NCBI RefSeq assembly: GCF_035561155.1
Contig: NZ_DATMYD010000010.1
Location: 2,873-66,872 of the forward strand
DNA length: 64,000 bases
Reading direction: 5' to 3'
Origin: Sporomusa sp.
GTDB taxonomy: Bacteria; Bacillota; Negativicutes; Sporomusales; Sporomusaceae
In this document: piece by piece, positions 49,957 to 60,145 of the stretch
How the letters are laid out: each line of letters starts with the position of its first letter
How positions within the stretch are numbered: the stretch's first letter is position 1
Notes under the pieces: model-generated
The model's database searches: none
Told to the model about the DNA's origin: nothing
Seen by the model: only the letters and a program-made list of their open reading frames with translations
Made by a program: the position numbers and the translations under genes

Positions 49957-51786
49957 TCATGCTTTAGGCTGATTCGGCAGACGGTGTTCCAATGTAAGCT
50001 GACCATTCTTGGCATAGATAACAACATACTTATCCCACTCACCGTTTTTGCGGGGAACGGGCTGATCATCCTGGTAACAGGCAAACTTAAGATGAGGCCC
50101 GCGGCTTTCATCCCGTTCGCGCGCAGCAGCAAGAACCATCGCCGCAACTTTCAACATGTTTTTCGCTTCGAAATAGTAAGCTACGCCGTTGTCATCAAGG
50201 GCTACCGGCTGTTTGGCCAATTGCGCCAGCTCGGCAATCGCTTTGTCTAGGCGGTCTTCAGTGCGGACAATGCTGGCCGCGCCTTCCATGATGCGCTTAA
50301 TTGCTTTTCTGAGTTGGGCAGCCGCTCTACCATGAACCGCCTGCCGCAGCTCTGTTTGCAATGCCAGAATTTCAGGACTATCAGCCAAATTGCCCTTTGG
50401 GTCTCCAGCTTGTTCCTTGGCTGCGTTTTCCCCGGCAATTGCGCCATAGACCTGACAATCTAACAGCGCATTCCCCCCCGGCCTGTTGGCACCATGCTGT
50501 CCGCCGGCGGTTTCACCTACAGCATATAGTCCGGCAATGGTAGTCTGTGCGAATTCATTAATTTTTACACCGCCCTGATAATGCTGAGCGCATGTAGCTA
50601 CTTCCAGCAACTCGCCTTTTGTCAGGTCAATGTTGCGTTCCATCAACCAGTCAATAGAGGCTTGGTTGATTTCCTTCAGGCGGTTGATCGGCGATTCATA
50701 CCGGTCTGTTTGAGTTAACTCCACTGTCATTTCACGGCGGTAGCGGGCCTGATTGTCGGCTGACAGCATAGCAAAGTCAAACCCCTCGGGATTTTTACTA
50801 AAATCTAGAAAAATTTTACGGCCTGCCTGTTTTTCTTTATACAGCGCTACATCAATTATCCGGGTAGTGTGTTCGTACGACACCGGCCAGCTGGCACCTT
50901 TTTTAAACAGTACGTCATATATTTCGCTCCAAGCAGTTCCCGCCGGGAAATAGTTCTTTAAGAATTCTTCATCCTGGTCGTTAATCAGCCGGGGAATACA
51001 GCGCATCATACTGCCTGAACAGTTAAGCTTGGTGCGCACCGATGCGATGCCAAACTGTATAAATTCCATATTGACAAGTTCGGCGCCGGCAGCATAGGCT
51101 AAAGCATATCCGTCGCCGGTCATACCGCCGGGGAACACATTATTCTCATAAATCAAGCCGCCGCCGCCGGTCGCCAGAATAACCGCGCCTGCTTCGACAA
51201 TAAACAATGCCTCTTCGGCATTCTTCGCCCTGGTATCGGCTGCCGCTACACCAATCACTCTGCTGTTCTCTGTTAGCAGCTTAACCGCCATGGCATAATT
51301 GATTACTTCAATGCCCAATTGGGCAATACACGGCACAAGGGCCTGCTCAATATGCACCGCTGTTTTAGGGCCTGTATAGCAAGCCCGGGCGTAGTCCGAG
51401 CCGTCGGTAACAAACTGGTCAACCACCCCGTCTCTTTTAACAAACGGCACACCGGCAGTCTCCAGGTAGCGATAAGCCTCCCCTGAACGGCTGGCCATAA
51501 CGGCAGCAAGATTATAGTCAGAGACCTGCCCGCCAATGCGGTAAATGTCGTCAGCATGATACTGCCAAGCCGGCATGTCGGTATGCTGTGGTTCGGTATG
51601 TTCTAGCGTGGCATGAAACGCCATTCGGTCTGAGCAGGCAGTAGCCGTTACGCCGCTTAGACCCAAACGCCCTTTGGTCAAAATAGTGACTTTTTTCCCG
51701 GGAGCCGCTTCTTTGGCGGCAATAGCCGAACGAAGCGCTGCGCCGCCACCGCCGATTACCAAGACATCGCAATTAATCGTTTTCAT
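49957..51786 (-). CDS. SdhA/FrdA/NadB-superfamily FAD-binding oxidoreductase, unknown substrate
   Basis: IGGGGAAL, LATGGGG, TGDG, NMEFIQF, HYQGG, GLYAVGE, HGANRPGGNAL, ESRG. Confidence 0.85.
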   Translation of the reverse strand: MKTINCDVLVIGGGGAALRSAIAAKEAAPGKKVTILTKGRLGLSGVTATACSDRMAFHATLEHTEPQHTDMPAWQYHADDIYRIGGQVSDYNLAAVMASRSGEAYRYLETAGVPFVKRDGVVDQFVTDGSDYARACYTGPKTAVHIEQALVPCIAQLGIEVINYAMAVKLLTENSRVIGVAAADTRAKNAEEALFIVEAGAVILATGGGGLIYENNVFPGGMTGDGYALAYAAGAELVNMEFIQFGIASVRTKLNCSGSMMRCIPRLINDQDEEFLKNYFPAGTAWSEIYDVLFKKGASWPVSYEHTTRIIDVALYKEKQAGRKIFLDFSKNPEGFDFAMLSADNQARYRREMTVELTQTDRYESPINRLKEINQASIDWLMERNIDLTKGELLEVATCAQHYQGGVKINEFAQTTIAGLYAVGETAGGQHGANRPGGNALLDCQVYGAIAGENAAKEQAGDPKGNLADSPEILALQTELRQAVHGRAAAQLRKAIKRIMEGAASIVRTEDRLDKAIAELAQLAKQPVALDDNGVAYYFEAKNMLKVAAMVLAAARERDESRGPHLKFACYQDDQPVPRKNGEWDKYVVIYAKNGQLTLEHRLPNQPKA

Positions 51787-51829
51787 AATATCTACTCCTG
51801 CTGAGTTAGTTCCATATAGTATCAATACT

Positions 51830-52534
51830 CTATTTCTCGCCCAAGTAGGCTTTCATTATCGCGGGGTCACATAACAGCTGCTTACCCGGACCTTGCATGG
51901 TAATTTTGCCGTTTTCCAGCACATAGGCATAGTCGCAAAGTGCCAATGCTTTTTTGGCGTTTTGCTCTACAAGCATAACAGTAATACCCTGGTCGCGTAT
52001 TTGTGCAATAAGTTCAAATACCCCTTTTACTACCAATGGCGCCAGACCAAGGGACGGTTCGTCCAGCAGGATCATCTTGGGCTCTGACATCAGACCACGG
52101 CAGATGGCTAACATTTGCTGCTCACCACCTGACAGCGTTCCGGCCTGCTGGTGTTGGCGTTCGCGCAAAATCGGATACATATCAAACATCTTCTCAACAT
52201 TGCGGGCGACATGCTGGCTGTCTTTCAAAATATAGCCGCCTGCCAGCAGATTTTCTTTTACTGATAACCCGGCAAAAACTTTCCGGCCTTCAGGCACGTG
52301 TACCAAACCCTGCTTAACGATTTTTTGAGCAACACGGCCAAGCTCACAGCCTTCAAACTTAATTGTACCGCTTTGCGGCTTTACAATAGCGCAGATAGTG
52401 TTTAACAGTGTGGTCTTACCCGCGCCGTTTGAGCCAATAATACTGATAATTTTTCCGTGGGGAACGTCTAAACTAATGCCGTTCAGTGCCTGAATATGAC
52501 CGTAGGAGACCACCAGATTTTCTATAGTAAGCAT
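51830..52534 (-). CDS. livF: HAAT ABC ATP-binding protein (LivF-like)
   Basis: GSNGAGKTT, VPEGR, LSGGEQQM, DEPSLGLAP. Confidence 0.92.
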   Translation of the reverse strand: MLTIENLVVSYGHIQALNGISLDVPHGKIISIIGSNGAGKTTLLNTICAIVKPQSGTIKFEGCELGRVAQKIVKQGLVHVPEGRKVFAGLSVKENLLAGGYILKDSQHVARNVEKMFDMYPILRERQHQQAGTLSGGEQQMLAICRGLMSEPKMILLDEPSLGLAPLVVKGVFELIAQIRDQGITVMLVEQNAKKALALCDYAYVLENGKITMQGPGKQLLCDPAIMKAYLGEK

Positions 52535-53307
52535 GCTTCGTCCTCCTCTCCCATGTAAGCCTCGGTAACTTCCCTATTGGCTACTATTTCAGCCGGAGTG
52601 CCGCTGGCCAGGAGTTTACCAAAGTTTAGAACGAAAATGCGGGAAGACAGTTCCATGATAACTTCCATACGGTGTTCAATAATAACAATAGAGAAATCAA
52701 ACTGGCTATTGAGCTTTTTTATCAAGCCGATAAAATCACGCACCTCACTCGGATTAAGACCGGCTGCAGGTTCGTCCAGGAGCAGCACTTTGGGATTTGT
52801 GGCCAAAGCACGGGCAATCTCAAGTTTGCGCTGTAATCCGTAGGCAAGACTTTCAGGTTTGTATTCCTCATAGCCTTTAAGGCCAACAATCTCCAGATAT
52901 TTGCGGCTAAGCTCACGCACCTCTGTTTCACGCTGTTTCTTTTTATCACTGAAGGTAAAGACATCCCATAACCCATAAGTCGAGTAAGGATCGGCAGCTG
53001 TCATGATGTTTTCCAGAACATTAAGACCATGGAACAACCGGATATTTTGAAAAGTCCTGGCAATACCGCTTTTAGTAATTTCATATTGGGGTAAACCCGA
53101 GATATCTTTGCCGTCTAACAGTATTTTACCGGTATCAAGCGGGTATACGCCTGTCAAGAGGTTGAAACACGTTGACTTGCCGGCGCCATTGGGACCGATA
53201 ATGCCGACAATATCGTGGGCAGGCACTTGGAAGGAGAAGTCTTCAATGGCTTTTACCCCACCGAAAGATTTGCTGATGCCTTGTACGTCTAAACGGTAGT
53301 CAGTCAT
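52522..53307 (-). CDS. livG: HAAT ABC ATP-binding protein (LivG-like)
   Basis: GPNGAGKST, ARTFQNIRLF, DEPAAGLN. Confidence 0.92.
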   Translation of the reverse strand: MTDYRLDVQGISKSFGGVKAIEDFSFQVPAHDIVGIIGPNGAGKSTCFNLLTGVYPLDTGKILLDGKDISGLPQYEITKSGIARTFQNIRLFHGLNVLENIMTAADPYSTYGLWDVFTFSDKKKQRETEVRELSRKYLEIVGLKGYEEYKPESLAYGLQRKLEIARALATNPKVLLLDEPAAGLNPSEVRDFIGLIKKLNSQFDFSIVIIEHRMEVIMELSSRIFVLNFGKLLASGTPAEIVANREVTEAYMGEEDEACLL

Positions 53308-54165
53308 TTACGCGCTTGCTCCTTTCCCCAGCCAGGCTTTAATTGTCTTTAAACTAAATTCAAACTCGCCGAAGATTCCCTTCGGCCGGAAGTTAATAAT
53401 CAAGAGCACGATGACACAGTACACGACAATCCGCCACTCAGAAGCAGCTCGCAGTAGTTCAGGTAGTCCGGTAAGGAGTATGGTGGCGACAATGGTGCCT
53501 GTTAAACTATTTATACCACCGACAAAGACGATGATCGTCCATTCGGCAGACACCTGCCAACCATAAGCACCTGGTTCAACATAGGAGGTGAAAAAGCCGT
53601 ACAATACACCGGCATAGCTAGTCATAGCACTTGCCAAGAGAAAGGTGGTCAGCTTGAGTTTGTTAACATCAATCCCCATTGCTTTGGCAGCAAGTTCATC
53701 ACTTCTGAGCGCCAGACACTGGCGTCCGTATTTAGAGTATTTGTAGCTGATAACTATAAGTAAGCATACTATGACGCTGGCCAACACAATGGGAAAGTTG
53801 GTAATTTGCGGAATACCTGATAGCCCCATGGCGCCACCGGTAATATTGGTTGAGTTGTTCAAAACGGCAATAATGGTTTCACCAAAACCTAAGGTTACAA
53901 GCGAGATATAGTCCCGGCGCAGTTTAACGGTAGGCAAGCCTACCAGCAGACCGGCCAACAACCCAACCGCTATTGCCACAATTACAGCAACAGGGAAGGG
54001 CAGGTCAAATGTTTTTACCAAAACCGCTGAAACATAAGCGCCTACCGCCATGAATGCCGCCTGCCCCAGCGAAAATAGGCCGGTTAAACCGGTAATAAGG
54101 TATACGCCCAGAACACCGATCAGGGTTATCCCGGTAAATGTCAGTGATGACAGTATATATTCCAT
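53308..54165 (-). CDS. livM: HAAT ABC permease (LivM-like)
   Basis: SLGQAAFMAVGAY, TLGFGE, DELAAKAMGI. Confidence 0.9.
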   Translation of the reverse strand: MEYILSSLTFTGITLIGVLGVYLITGLTGLFSLGQAAFMAVGAYVSAVLVKTFDLPFPVAVIVAIAVGLLAGLLVGLPTVKLRRDYISLVTLGFGETIIAVLNNSTNITGGAMGLSGIPQITNFPIVLASVIVCLLIVISYKYSKYGRQCLALRSDELAAKAMGIDVNKLKLTTFLLASAMTSYAGVLYGFFTSYVEPGAYGWQVSAEWTIIVFVGGINSLTGTIVATILLTGLPELLRAASEWRIVVYCVIVLLIINFRPKGIFGEFEFSLKTIKAWLGKGASA

Positions 54166-54177
54166 GCTAACCCCTCC

Positions 54178-55068
54178 TTATACTTTTTCCTGGACAATAA
54201 TACCGGCAATACCGCGCGGACGTACCAGGAGGAATAACAACATAATCATAAATACAAAGGCAGGTACCCAACCGGCACCGACAAGACCAATCAGCATTAC
54301 CTCAACAACCCCCAGGAGCACTGCGCCGATAACTGCGCCGGTAATACTGCCCAGACCGCCGATTACCGAAGCTACAAACCCTTTTACAACTAACTGGCCC
54401 AATTGCGGATACAATGTGTAATTTATTCCCAGGAACACACCGCTGATCCCCCCCAGGATGCCTGAGGCCACAAAGGTGGCAGCAATTACAGCATTAGGGT
54501 CCATACCCATAAGACGGGCAGTATTCACATCATACGCCATTGTCCTGATGGCCAAACCGATTTTGGTTTTATAGAGTACGCCCAGCAAGATGATTAGTGA
54601 CGAAGATGAGAAGATGAGCATTAATAGGTCAGGTACTGCAATGGTCAAACCGGCAAATGCCAGGGAAGCACTCGAAAAAAATTGCGGATAGGAATAAAAG
54701 TTACTGCCGGCAAAAATAGTAATGAGATTCTCCAGAAGGATACCCATGGTAATGGAAGAGATAAAGTAGTAAATAACCTGAGTGTTGTTGTTTCTCAGCC
54801 TCCGGAAAGCCAGGCGTTCAACAACTATTGCAAGTAATCCGCCGCCAAGTGCTGCGGCTATCAGGGTGCCTATAAACAGTGGGATGGAGTCTATATACTG
54901 CCGCAGCGCCACTGATGCGATATAACCCATATAGGCCGTTACCGACATTAGACCGCCATGAGCGAAATTTGAAAACTTCAGGATGTTGAATACTAATGCA
55001 AACCCTACGGCGATCAGCGCATAGACCGAACCCAGTGATATGCCGTTGATCAGAAACTGCAGTGTCAT
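54178..55068 (-). CDS. livH: HAAT ABC permease (LivH-like)
   Basis: GSVYALIAVG, NFAHG, GGLGSITGA, RPRG. Confidence 0.92.
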   Translation of the reverse strand: MTLQFLINGISLGSVYALIAVGFALVFNILKFSNFAHGGLMSVTAYMGYIASVALRQYIDSIPLFIGTLIAAALGGGLLAIVVERLAFRRLRNNNTQVIYYFISSITMGILLENLITIFAGSNFYSYPQFFSSASLAFAGLTIAVPDLLMLIFSSSSLIILLGVLYKTKIGLAIRTMAYDVNTARLMGMDPNAVIAATFVASGILGGISGVFLGINYTLYPQLGQLVVKGFVASVIGGLGSITGAVIGAVLLGVVEVMLIGLVGAGWVPAFVFMIMLLFLLVRPRGIAGIIVQEKV

Positions 55069-55164
55069 TACCTTTCCTCCTCGCCTGATTCCAGTGGCCG
55101 CAAAAAAGGCAGGAAAACGGTCCTAGGCTCGCTCTCCCGCCTTTTTCACCACAATAATCAGACT

Positions 55165-56334
55165 CTATTTCTTGTGTTTTTCAGGTACATAGCGGCCGAT
55201 TTCCTCGTCCACGCCATTATTGATTTTGTACATAACCATGGACAGGCCAACAGGCTGATGCGTTTGCGGCGACAGAGTAATTATGCCGGTAGTGCCTTGG
55301 TAGTCTTTTATATCGTTAAGAGCTTTCATAACATCTTCAGCTTTGCTGCTGTTTGCTTTTTTGATAGCCTCGGCAATAATGCCTATTTTATCAAAACCAA
55401 GATAAGCCTTGTTGATGGGGTCTTCACCGAATTTTGCCTTATAGGCATTTTTAGCCTCGGTAAGCTGCGGTTCTTTGTCTGAGAAGTTATTGGCGTAGTA
55501 GATGTTGGTGGCTGCTTGCGGATCATTTACCAGCGTGCTGAACGGAGGAGCAAAGTCAATGCCGCCGATAACCGGAATGTCAATACCAAGCTGTTTGCGT
55601 TGTTTTACGGTAATTACAGCATCTTGGGTATAGTTAGGCACGTAGATAGCCTCAGCGCCGGATTCCTTGATTTTGGTCAGCTGGGTTTTGTAGTCTTTAT
55701 CGCCTTTAGCGTAAACCTGCTCACTTACGATTTGGCCGCCAACGCTGGTTACATAGGCTTTATACGGAGCAACAAGTGAAGTAGCGAAAGAGTTGGACTG
55801 ATCATAAAGGATGCCAACTTTCTTCAAGCCGAGTTTTTCTACTGTATAACTGGCCATAATCTCAGCATATTGCACCGAGCTTGGCTGTATCAGGAACATG
55901 GCTGGCTGAACCTGACCATTTTCACCCACAGTTACCCGCGGGTCGATAAAGCTGCCGATGACCGGTACTTTCTTGGAATTGGCGATCGGGGCGATGGCCA
56001 GACCGATATTGCTCACAGGCGGTCCAACGATAGCGCTGACTTTTTCCTGATCAGCCAGTCGGTTAAACGCTTTGATGGCTTCCTGTACATCACCTTTAGT
56101 ATCAAGCGTTACCAGCTTAATCTTTTTGCCGTTAATGCCGCCTGCGGCATTAATTTTTTCAACATTTATTTCTGCGCCGCGAGTTACGGCTTTACCCAAG
56201 ACTGAAGTAGGACCGCTCAAGTCCTGCAGATTGCCGATGACGACTTCTTGCTGGGCAGAGCCGCCGCAGCCTGCAAGAGAGAGCATAAACATAGCCAGCA
56301 CACACAGTGCAATTAACTTTTTACTTTTCAACAT
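55165..56334 (-). CDS. HAAT (LivK-like) ABC substrate-binding lipoprotein
   Basis: Lipobox LAGC, LSGP, INAAGGING, DYKTQLTKIK. Confidence 0.9.
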   Translation of the reverse strand: MLKSKKLIALCVLAMFMLSLAGCGGSAQQEVVIGNLQDLSGPTSVLGKAVTRGAEINVEKINAAGGINGKKIKLVTLDTKGDVQEAIKAFNRLADQEKVSAIVGPPVSNIGLAIAPIANSKKVPVIGSFIDPRVTVGENGQVQPAMFLIQPSSVQYAEIMASYTVEKLGLKKVGILYDQSNSFATSLVAPYKAYVTSVGGQIVSEQVYAKGDKDYKTQLTKIKESGAEAIYVPNYTQDAVITVKQRKQLGIDIPVIGGIDFAPPFSTLVNDPQAATNIYYANNFSDKEPQLTEAKNAYKAKFGEDPINKAYLGFDKIGIIAEAIKKANSSKAEDVMKALNDIKDYQGTTGIITLSPQTHQPVGLSMVMYKINNGVDEEIGRYVPEKHKK

Positions 56335-56407
56335 GAAAACATCCTTTCGCTTGGTATTTTTTTGCTGGTATCAGTTTTTAAAATAGTCCTTCGCCCAATG
56401 CCTTCTT

Positions 56408-57499
56408 TTATTCGGGCATTAATACTGCTTTTAACGCTTGCCGGTTAGCCATAACCTCGAGTGCCGTATTGGCATCTTCTAATCTAAAGCGGTGGGTTAC
56501 CATTTTTGCGAAAAGTTCCTGATTTTCTTGCACCAGCTGCATGGACTGGTATACATGCTTGGCGCCGCTTACCCACACACCTTGAATTTTGGCATTTTTG
56601 CGGACAACCTCACGAAAAAAATCTACCTGGCATTCGCCTGGCGGCTGCGAAAATCCTACAGATAAATAGGCACCACCAAGCCGCAGCAGATTCAGCCCTT
56701 CGTGCACTGCCGAAGGGTCACCGACAGCTTCAATTATTACGTCAACACCGCGGCCACCTGTTTTATCCATTATCGCCTGCCTGCGTTCATCTGCCGTCAT
56801 ACTCCGCCTGTTGAGAAGCACAGTTGCGCCAAACTCGCGGCAAAGCTCAAGGCGTGATTGGGTACCGCCGATAACAAATACTTCGGCTGCCCCCATCCGG
56901 CGGGCAAACGCGGTTGCGTAAACACCCAGCGGCCCAGGCCCTTGCACCAACACAGTATCTCCGTATTGCACCTTATGAAGGTCGAAAGCATGAGCAACAG
57001 TCGCACCTGAACACGATGCCGACACCAATACCGCCGGATCAGTTACACCGTTCACTTTAAAAACATCAGTGCGGGCGGCAAGAATGATATGATCGGCATA
57101 ACAGCCGTTTAAATGCGGTACTTCACTGAAGGAACGGTTAATGCCGTAGGTTTTTCGTTCGGTACACAGCCAGGGCTCATTGAGCACCGTGCAATAGTAA
57201 CAGTCGCCACAGGTCAACCCTCTATTCCACAAGATAAAGTCGCCAGGCTTTAACGGTTCACCGGACATAGTCCGCTTTTGGCCCTTAACTTCCACTACCG
57301 TGCCAACGCCTTCATGTCCCAAAATAATAGGGCGCGGTGTTCGGGGGTCTTCCCCTTTCCACATATGGACATCTGAACCGCACACACCCGATGCTGCCAG
57401 TTTTACCAGTACTTGCCCCTCAGTTAAAACCGGTATGTCGACTTCAGTTAGTTCTAATGATTGGCAAAATTCGCGCAAAACCATTGCCTTGGCTTTCAT
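56408..57499 (-). CDS. Zn-dependent medium-chain alcohol dehydrogenase
   Basis: GVCGSD, GHEG, CGDCYYC...C, GPGPLG. Confidence 0.92.
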   Translation of the reverse strand: MKAKAMVLREFCQSLELTEVDIPVLTEGQVLVKLAASGVCGSDVHMWKGEDPRTPRPIILGHEGVGTVVEVKGQKRTMSGEPLKPGDFILWNRGLTCGDCYYCTVLNEPWLCTERKTYGINRSFSEVPHLNGCYADHIILAARTDVFKVNGVTDPAVLVSASCSGATVAHAFDLHKVQYGDTVLVQGPGPLGVYATAFARRMGAAEVFVIGGTQSRLELCREFGATVLLNRRSMTADERRQAIMDKTGGRGVDVIIEAVGDPSAVHEGLNLLRLGGAYLSVGFSQPPGECQVDFFREVVRKNAKIQGVWVSGAKHVYQSMQLVQENQELFAKMVTHRFRLEDANTALEVMANRQALKAVLMPE

Positions 57500-57526
57500 G
57501 TATTCACCTTCTCAATCTGATCAATG

Positions 57527-58888
57527 TTAGACGTGTTCAGCTACTACTTTGCTTTCAAACACGGGTTTGCCCTCACGGACCTCGCGATAGATAGGAACAT
57601 ATATTGCTGCATCACGGGGCACACAGCCAGCCCGACCGCCATCACGCATAATCGCCGTACATTTACTGCAGGCAATGCAGATTTTACTCTGATCCATAGC
57701 CCCATTTTCCAAAATGTCTTTGGCAAAGTCAGGATACGCGAAAGCCTGACGTCCGAAACCAGCCATCTTGAACCAACCGGTTTCCACACCGCCGGCAGCC
57801 ACTTCAGCGCCATGGTGACGCAGCCAACTGAAGCCTGTTGCGATAACAACAGCCTCAGGCACTGTTGCCTGCAGTTCTTTGCAGATAGTTAGCAGGTTAG
57901 CTACCCCTTCAATCGGATTTACAGGCGGGATATAGGAACCAATATCATACGGACGACCAATGTGCGGGTTATAATAGGGGTTACCAGCACTGATATTGAA
58001 AAGTCTCACGCCGTTTTCATGCAATAAGCTCACTAACTTCTTGGTTTCTGTTAAATCTGCTTTAGCAGGCTCTTGTTTATCGACAGCCCAGCCATAAGCG
58101 TAAGCGTCGTAGGAGTTCAACCTCACCGCTATTTCAATTTTTTCGCCTAGTTTAGCTTTGATTTTAGCAATAACATTTGTTAAGAAACGGGTGCGATTTT
58201 CAAAGGATCCGCCATATATTCCCGGACGGTCATACGCAGAAAGCAGTTCTGCCAGTAAGTAGCCGTGACAGCATTTAATATCAACAGCGTCAAACCCGAT
58301 TTCAGCAGCAATTGCAGCAGCTTCCACATATGTATCTTCAAGCGTCGCCAGTTCTTCATCACTAATCACCTTGAAGTCTGCAGGTAATTTGGCATCAAGC
58401 AAAGGATTACGACAAGCAATTATCGGGAATGCTTTGCCGCTCGGGCGGCTATAACGCCCCGAGTGAGTAAGTTGAACCACAGTAAATGGTCGGTAGTCCT
58501 TACCATGTAATTCCTTGGCGGCATTAAGGCTTTCTTCTAAGAGTGTTTTTAATGCTTCGCGGTTTTCTTCGTTAATCATTAATTGCCTGGGGTTTGCCCG
58601 TCCCTCGTTTACCACTGCGGTAGCTTCAAACCACAAAAGTCCAGCGCCGCCCTGTGCAAAACGGCGATACCGCCGGCGAACCAATTCACTAGGCTTGCCG
58701 TCAGCCTCACCATCACAGCCCTCCATCGGGTGTATACAGAGACGGTTAGGAATAACCTTGCTGCCAAGGCTTATACTCTGCCGCAAAACGGCAGTGTTTT
58801 CACCTAGCGGCAGGTTTACTCCCAGTTCTTTTGCCGCTGCGGCCAGCTGACTTTTGTCTTGATAGTGAAATTTTTCATGTGCAGCCAT
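57527..58888 (-). CDS. NADH:flavin oxidoreductase (Old Yellow Enzyme family) with C-terminal Cys cluster
   Basis: PMEG, GGAGL, QLTHSGR, DIKCCHGYL, YGGSFENRTR, CIACSKC...C. Confidence 0.88.
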   Translation of the reverse strand: MAAHEKFHYQDKSQLAAAAKELGVNLPLGENTAVLRQSISLGSKVIPNRLCIHPMEGCDGEADGKPSELVRRRYRRFAQGGAGLLWFEATAVVNEGRANPRQLMINEENREALKTLLEESLNAAKELHGKDYRPFTVVQLTHSGRYSRPSGKAFPIIACRNPLLDAKLPADFKVISDEELATLEDTYVEAAAIAAEIGFDAVDIKCCHGYLLAELLSAYDRPGIYGGSFENRTRFLTNVIAKIKAKLGEKIEIAVRLNSYDAYAYGWAVDKQEPAKADLTETKKLVSLLHENGVRLFNISAGNPYYNPHIGRPYDIGSYIPPVNPIEGVANLLTICKELQATVPEAVVIATGFSWLRHHGAEVAAGGVETGWFKMAGFGRQAFAYPDFAKDILENGAMDQSKICIACSKCTAIMRDGGRAGCVPRDAAIYVPIYREVREGKPVFESKVVAEHV

Positions 58889-58967
58889 ACCATATCCTCC
58901 TAGCGTTAAGTTGACATCTATACCTACTTGATTACCGCCTTAATTTAATGGCAGTTCACGCCGGTAA

Positions 58968-59960
58968 CTATTTAACTGATTTCCGGATAACAAGTTCAGC
59001 CGGAAATACATCAATCTTGGGCTTCATGTTACGCTTACCCTCGATGTTTTTTATTAAACGCTCGCACGCCTTGGCTCCCATTTCATAAAATGGCTGAGCC
59101 ACGGTGGTCAATAACGGCACAGTCATCCGGGCAGGGTCTGAGTCATCAAAACCCATAACTGAAATATCCTGTGGCACCGCCAGACCGGCATCAACAATGG
59201 CCTGAATAGCGCCAATAGCCTTGGGGTCGCTGGTGGCAAATACGGCATCAGGTTTTTCCGGCAGAGCCAGGAGTTTCACCATAGCCTGATAACCGTCATC
59301 CCAACTGTGGATGTCATGGATTATCAGATTCTCATCCAGCGCAATTCCCGCTTTGGCAAGCGCATCTTTGTAACCTGCGAAACGGTCCTGGAATAACAGG
59401 ACGTCGCGCGGGCCGTTAATGAGTGCAATGCGCCGATGGCCCTGCCCCACCAAATATTCTGTCGCCAAGCAGGCACCGGCATAATTATCAAGGATCACGG
59501 CATCAGCTAACTGCTCAGACTTACGAATGAGGTAAATGTGCGGAAACCCTTCGTCTTGAAGTTCGAGCAGATGCTTTGTTCCTGCTCTGGCTGTACAGAA
59601 TATAAAGCCGTCAACAAGCCGGCGACGTAAATTCTCGATATAAAACTTTTCTTTTTCCACGTCTTCATCGGTGTTGCAGACAACGACAATATAGCCATGT
59701 TTTTTCGCAGTATCTTCAATCCCTTGAATAACTGCCGGAAATACCAGGTTTCGCACGTTAGGCAAAAATAAACCGATAGTATTGATCCGGCCGCCTTTTA
59801 AAACCTGCGCCATGGCGTTTGGCTGATAGTTAAGTTCTTTTATTGCCGCTAAAACTTTTTCTTTAGTGTCGGGATTGACCGGAATCTTACCGTTAAGAAC
59901 CCGTGAAACTGTACTGGGTGAAACACCTGCAAGCTTAGCAACATCTCTAATATCACTCAT
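58968..59960 (-). CDS. LacI family transcriptional regulator
   Basis: IRDVAKLAGVSPSTVSRVLN, YQPN, GFDD, LTTV. Confidence 0.95.
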   Translation of the reverse strand: MSDIRDVAKLAGVSPSTVSRVLNGKIPVNPDTKEKVLAAIKELNYQPNAMAQVLKGGRINTIGLFLPNVRNLVFPAVIQGIEDTAKKHGYIVVVCNTDEDVEKEKFYIENLRRRLVDGFIFCTARAGTKHLLELQDEGFPHIYLIRKSEQLADAVILDNYAGACLATEYLVGQGHRRIALINGPRDVLLFQDRFAGYKDALAKAGIALDENLIIHDIHSWDDGYQAMVKLLALPEKPDAVFATSDPKAIGAIQAIVDAGLAVPQDISVMGFDDSDPARMTVPLLTTVAQPFYEMGAKACERLIKNIEGKRNMKPKIDVFPAELVIRKSVK

Positions 59961-59987
59961 GCAGAAAACTCCTATCATCTTGACGTA

Positions 59988-60068
59988 CTCATGAAAACCT
60001 TTCTGCAAACCTTTCTGCAAACCTTTTCATGAGACTATATATTCTATCAATTTAATATTTTTCCTTCT
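59988..60068 (-). promoter_or_regulatory. Stacked LacI-type operators and SigH-like promoter
   Basis: 12-bp period TG(A/C)AAACCTTT x3 within ctcatgaaaa...ttttcatgag; AGGAAAA-11-ATAGAAT on the minus strand at 60041-60065. Confidence 0.6.
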
Positions 60069-60145
60069 GATAAAAACAAATATTTGAAAAGTTTGTTCAA
60101 AAAATAAAAAACCCGCATCCAGTTATGCGGGTTAATGAACTCTTC

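Noticed and set aside
49957-51786. Calling this gene sdhA/frdA or nadB
   Set aside because: It lacks the covalent-FAD His motif and the partner genes; the context is a different operon
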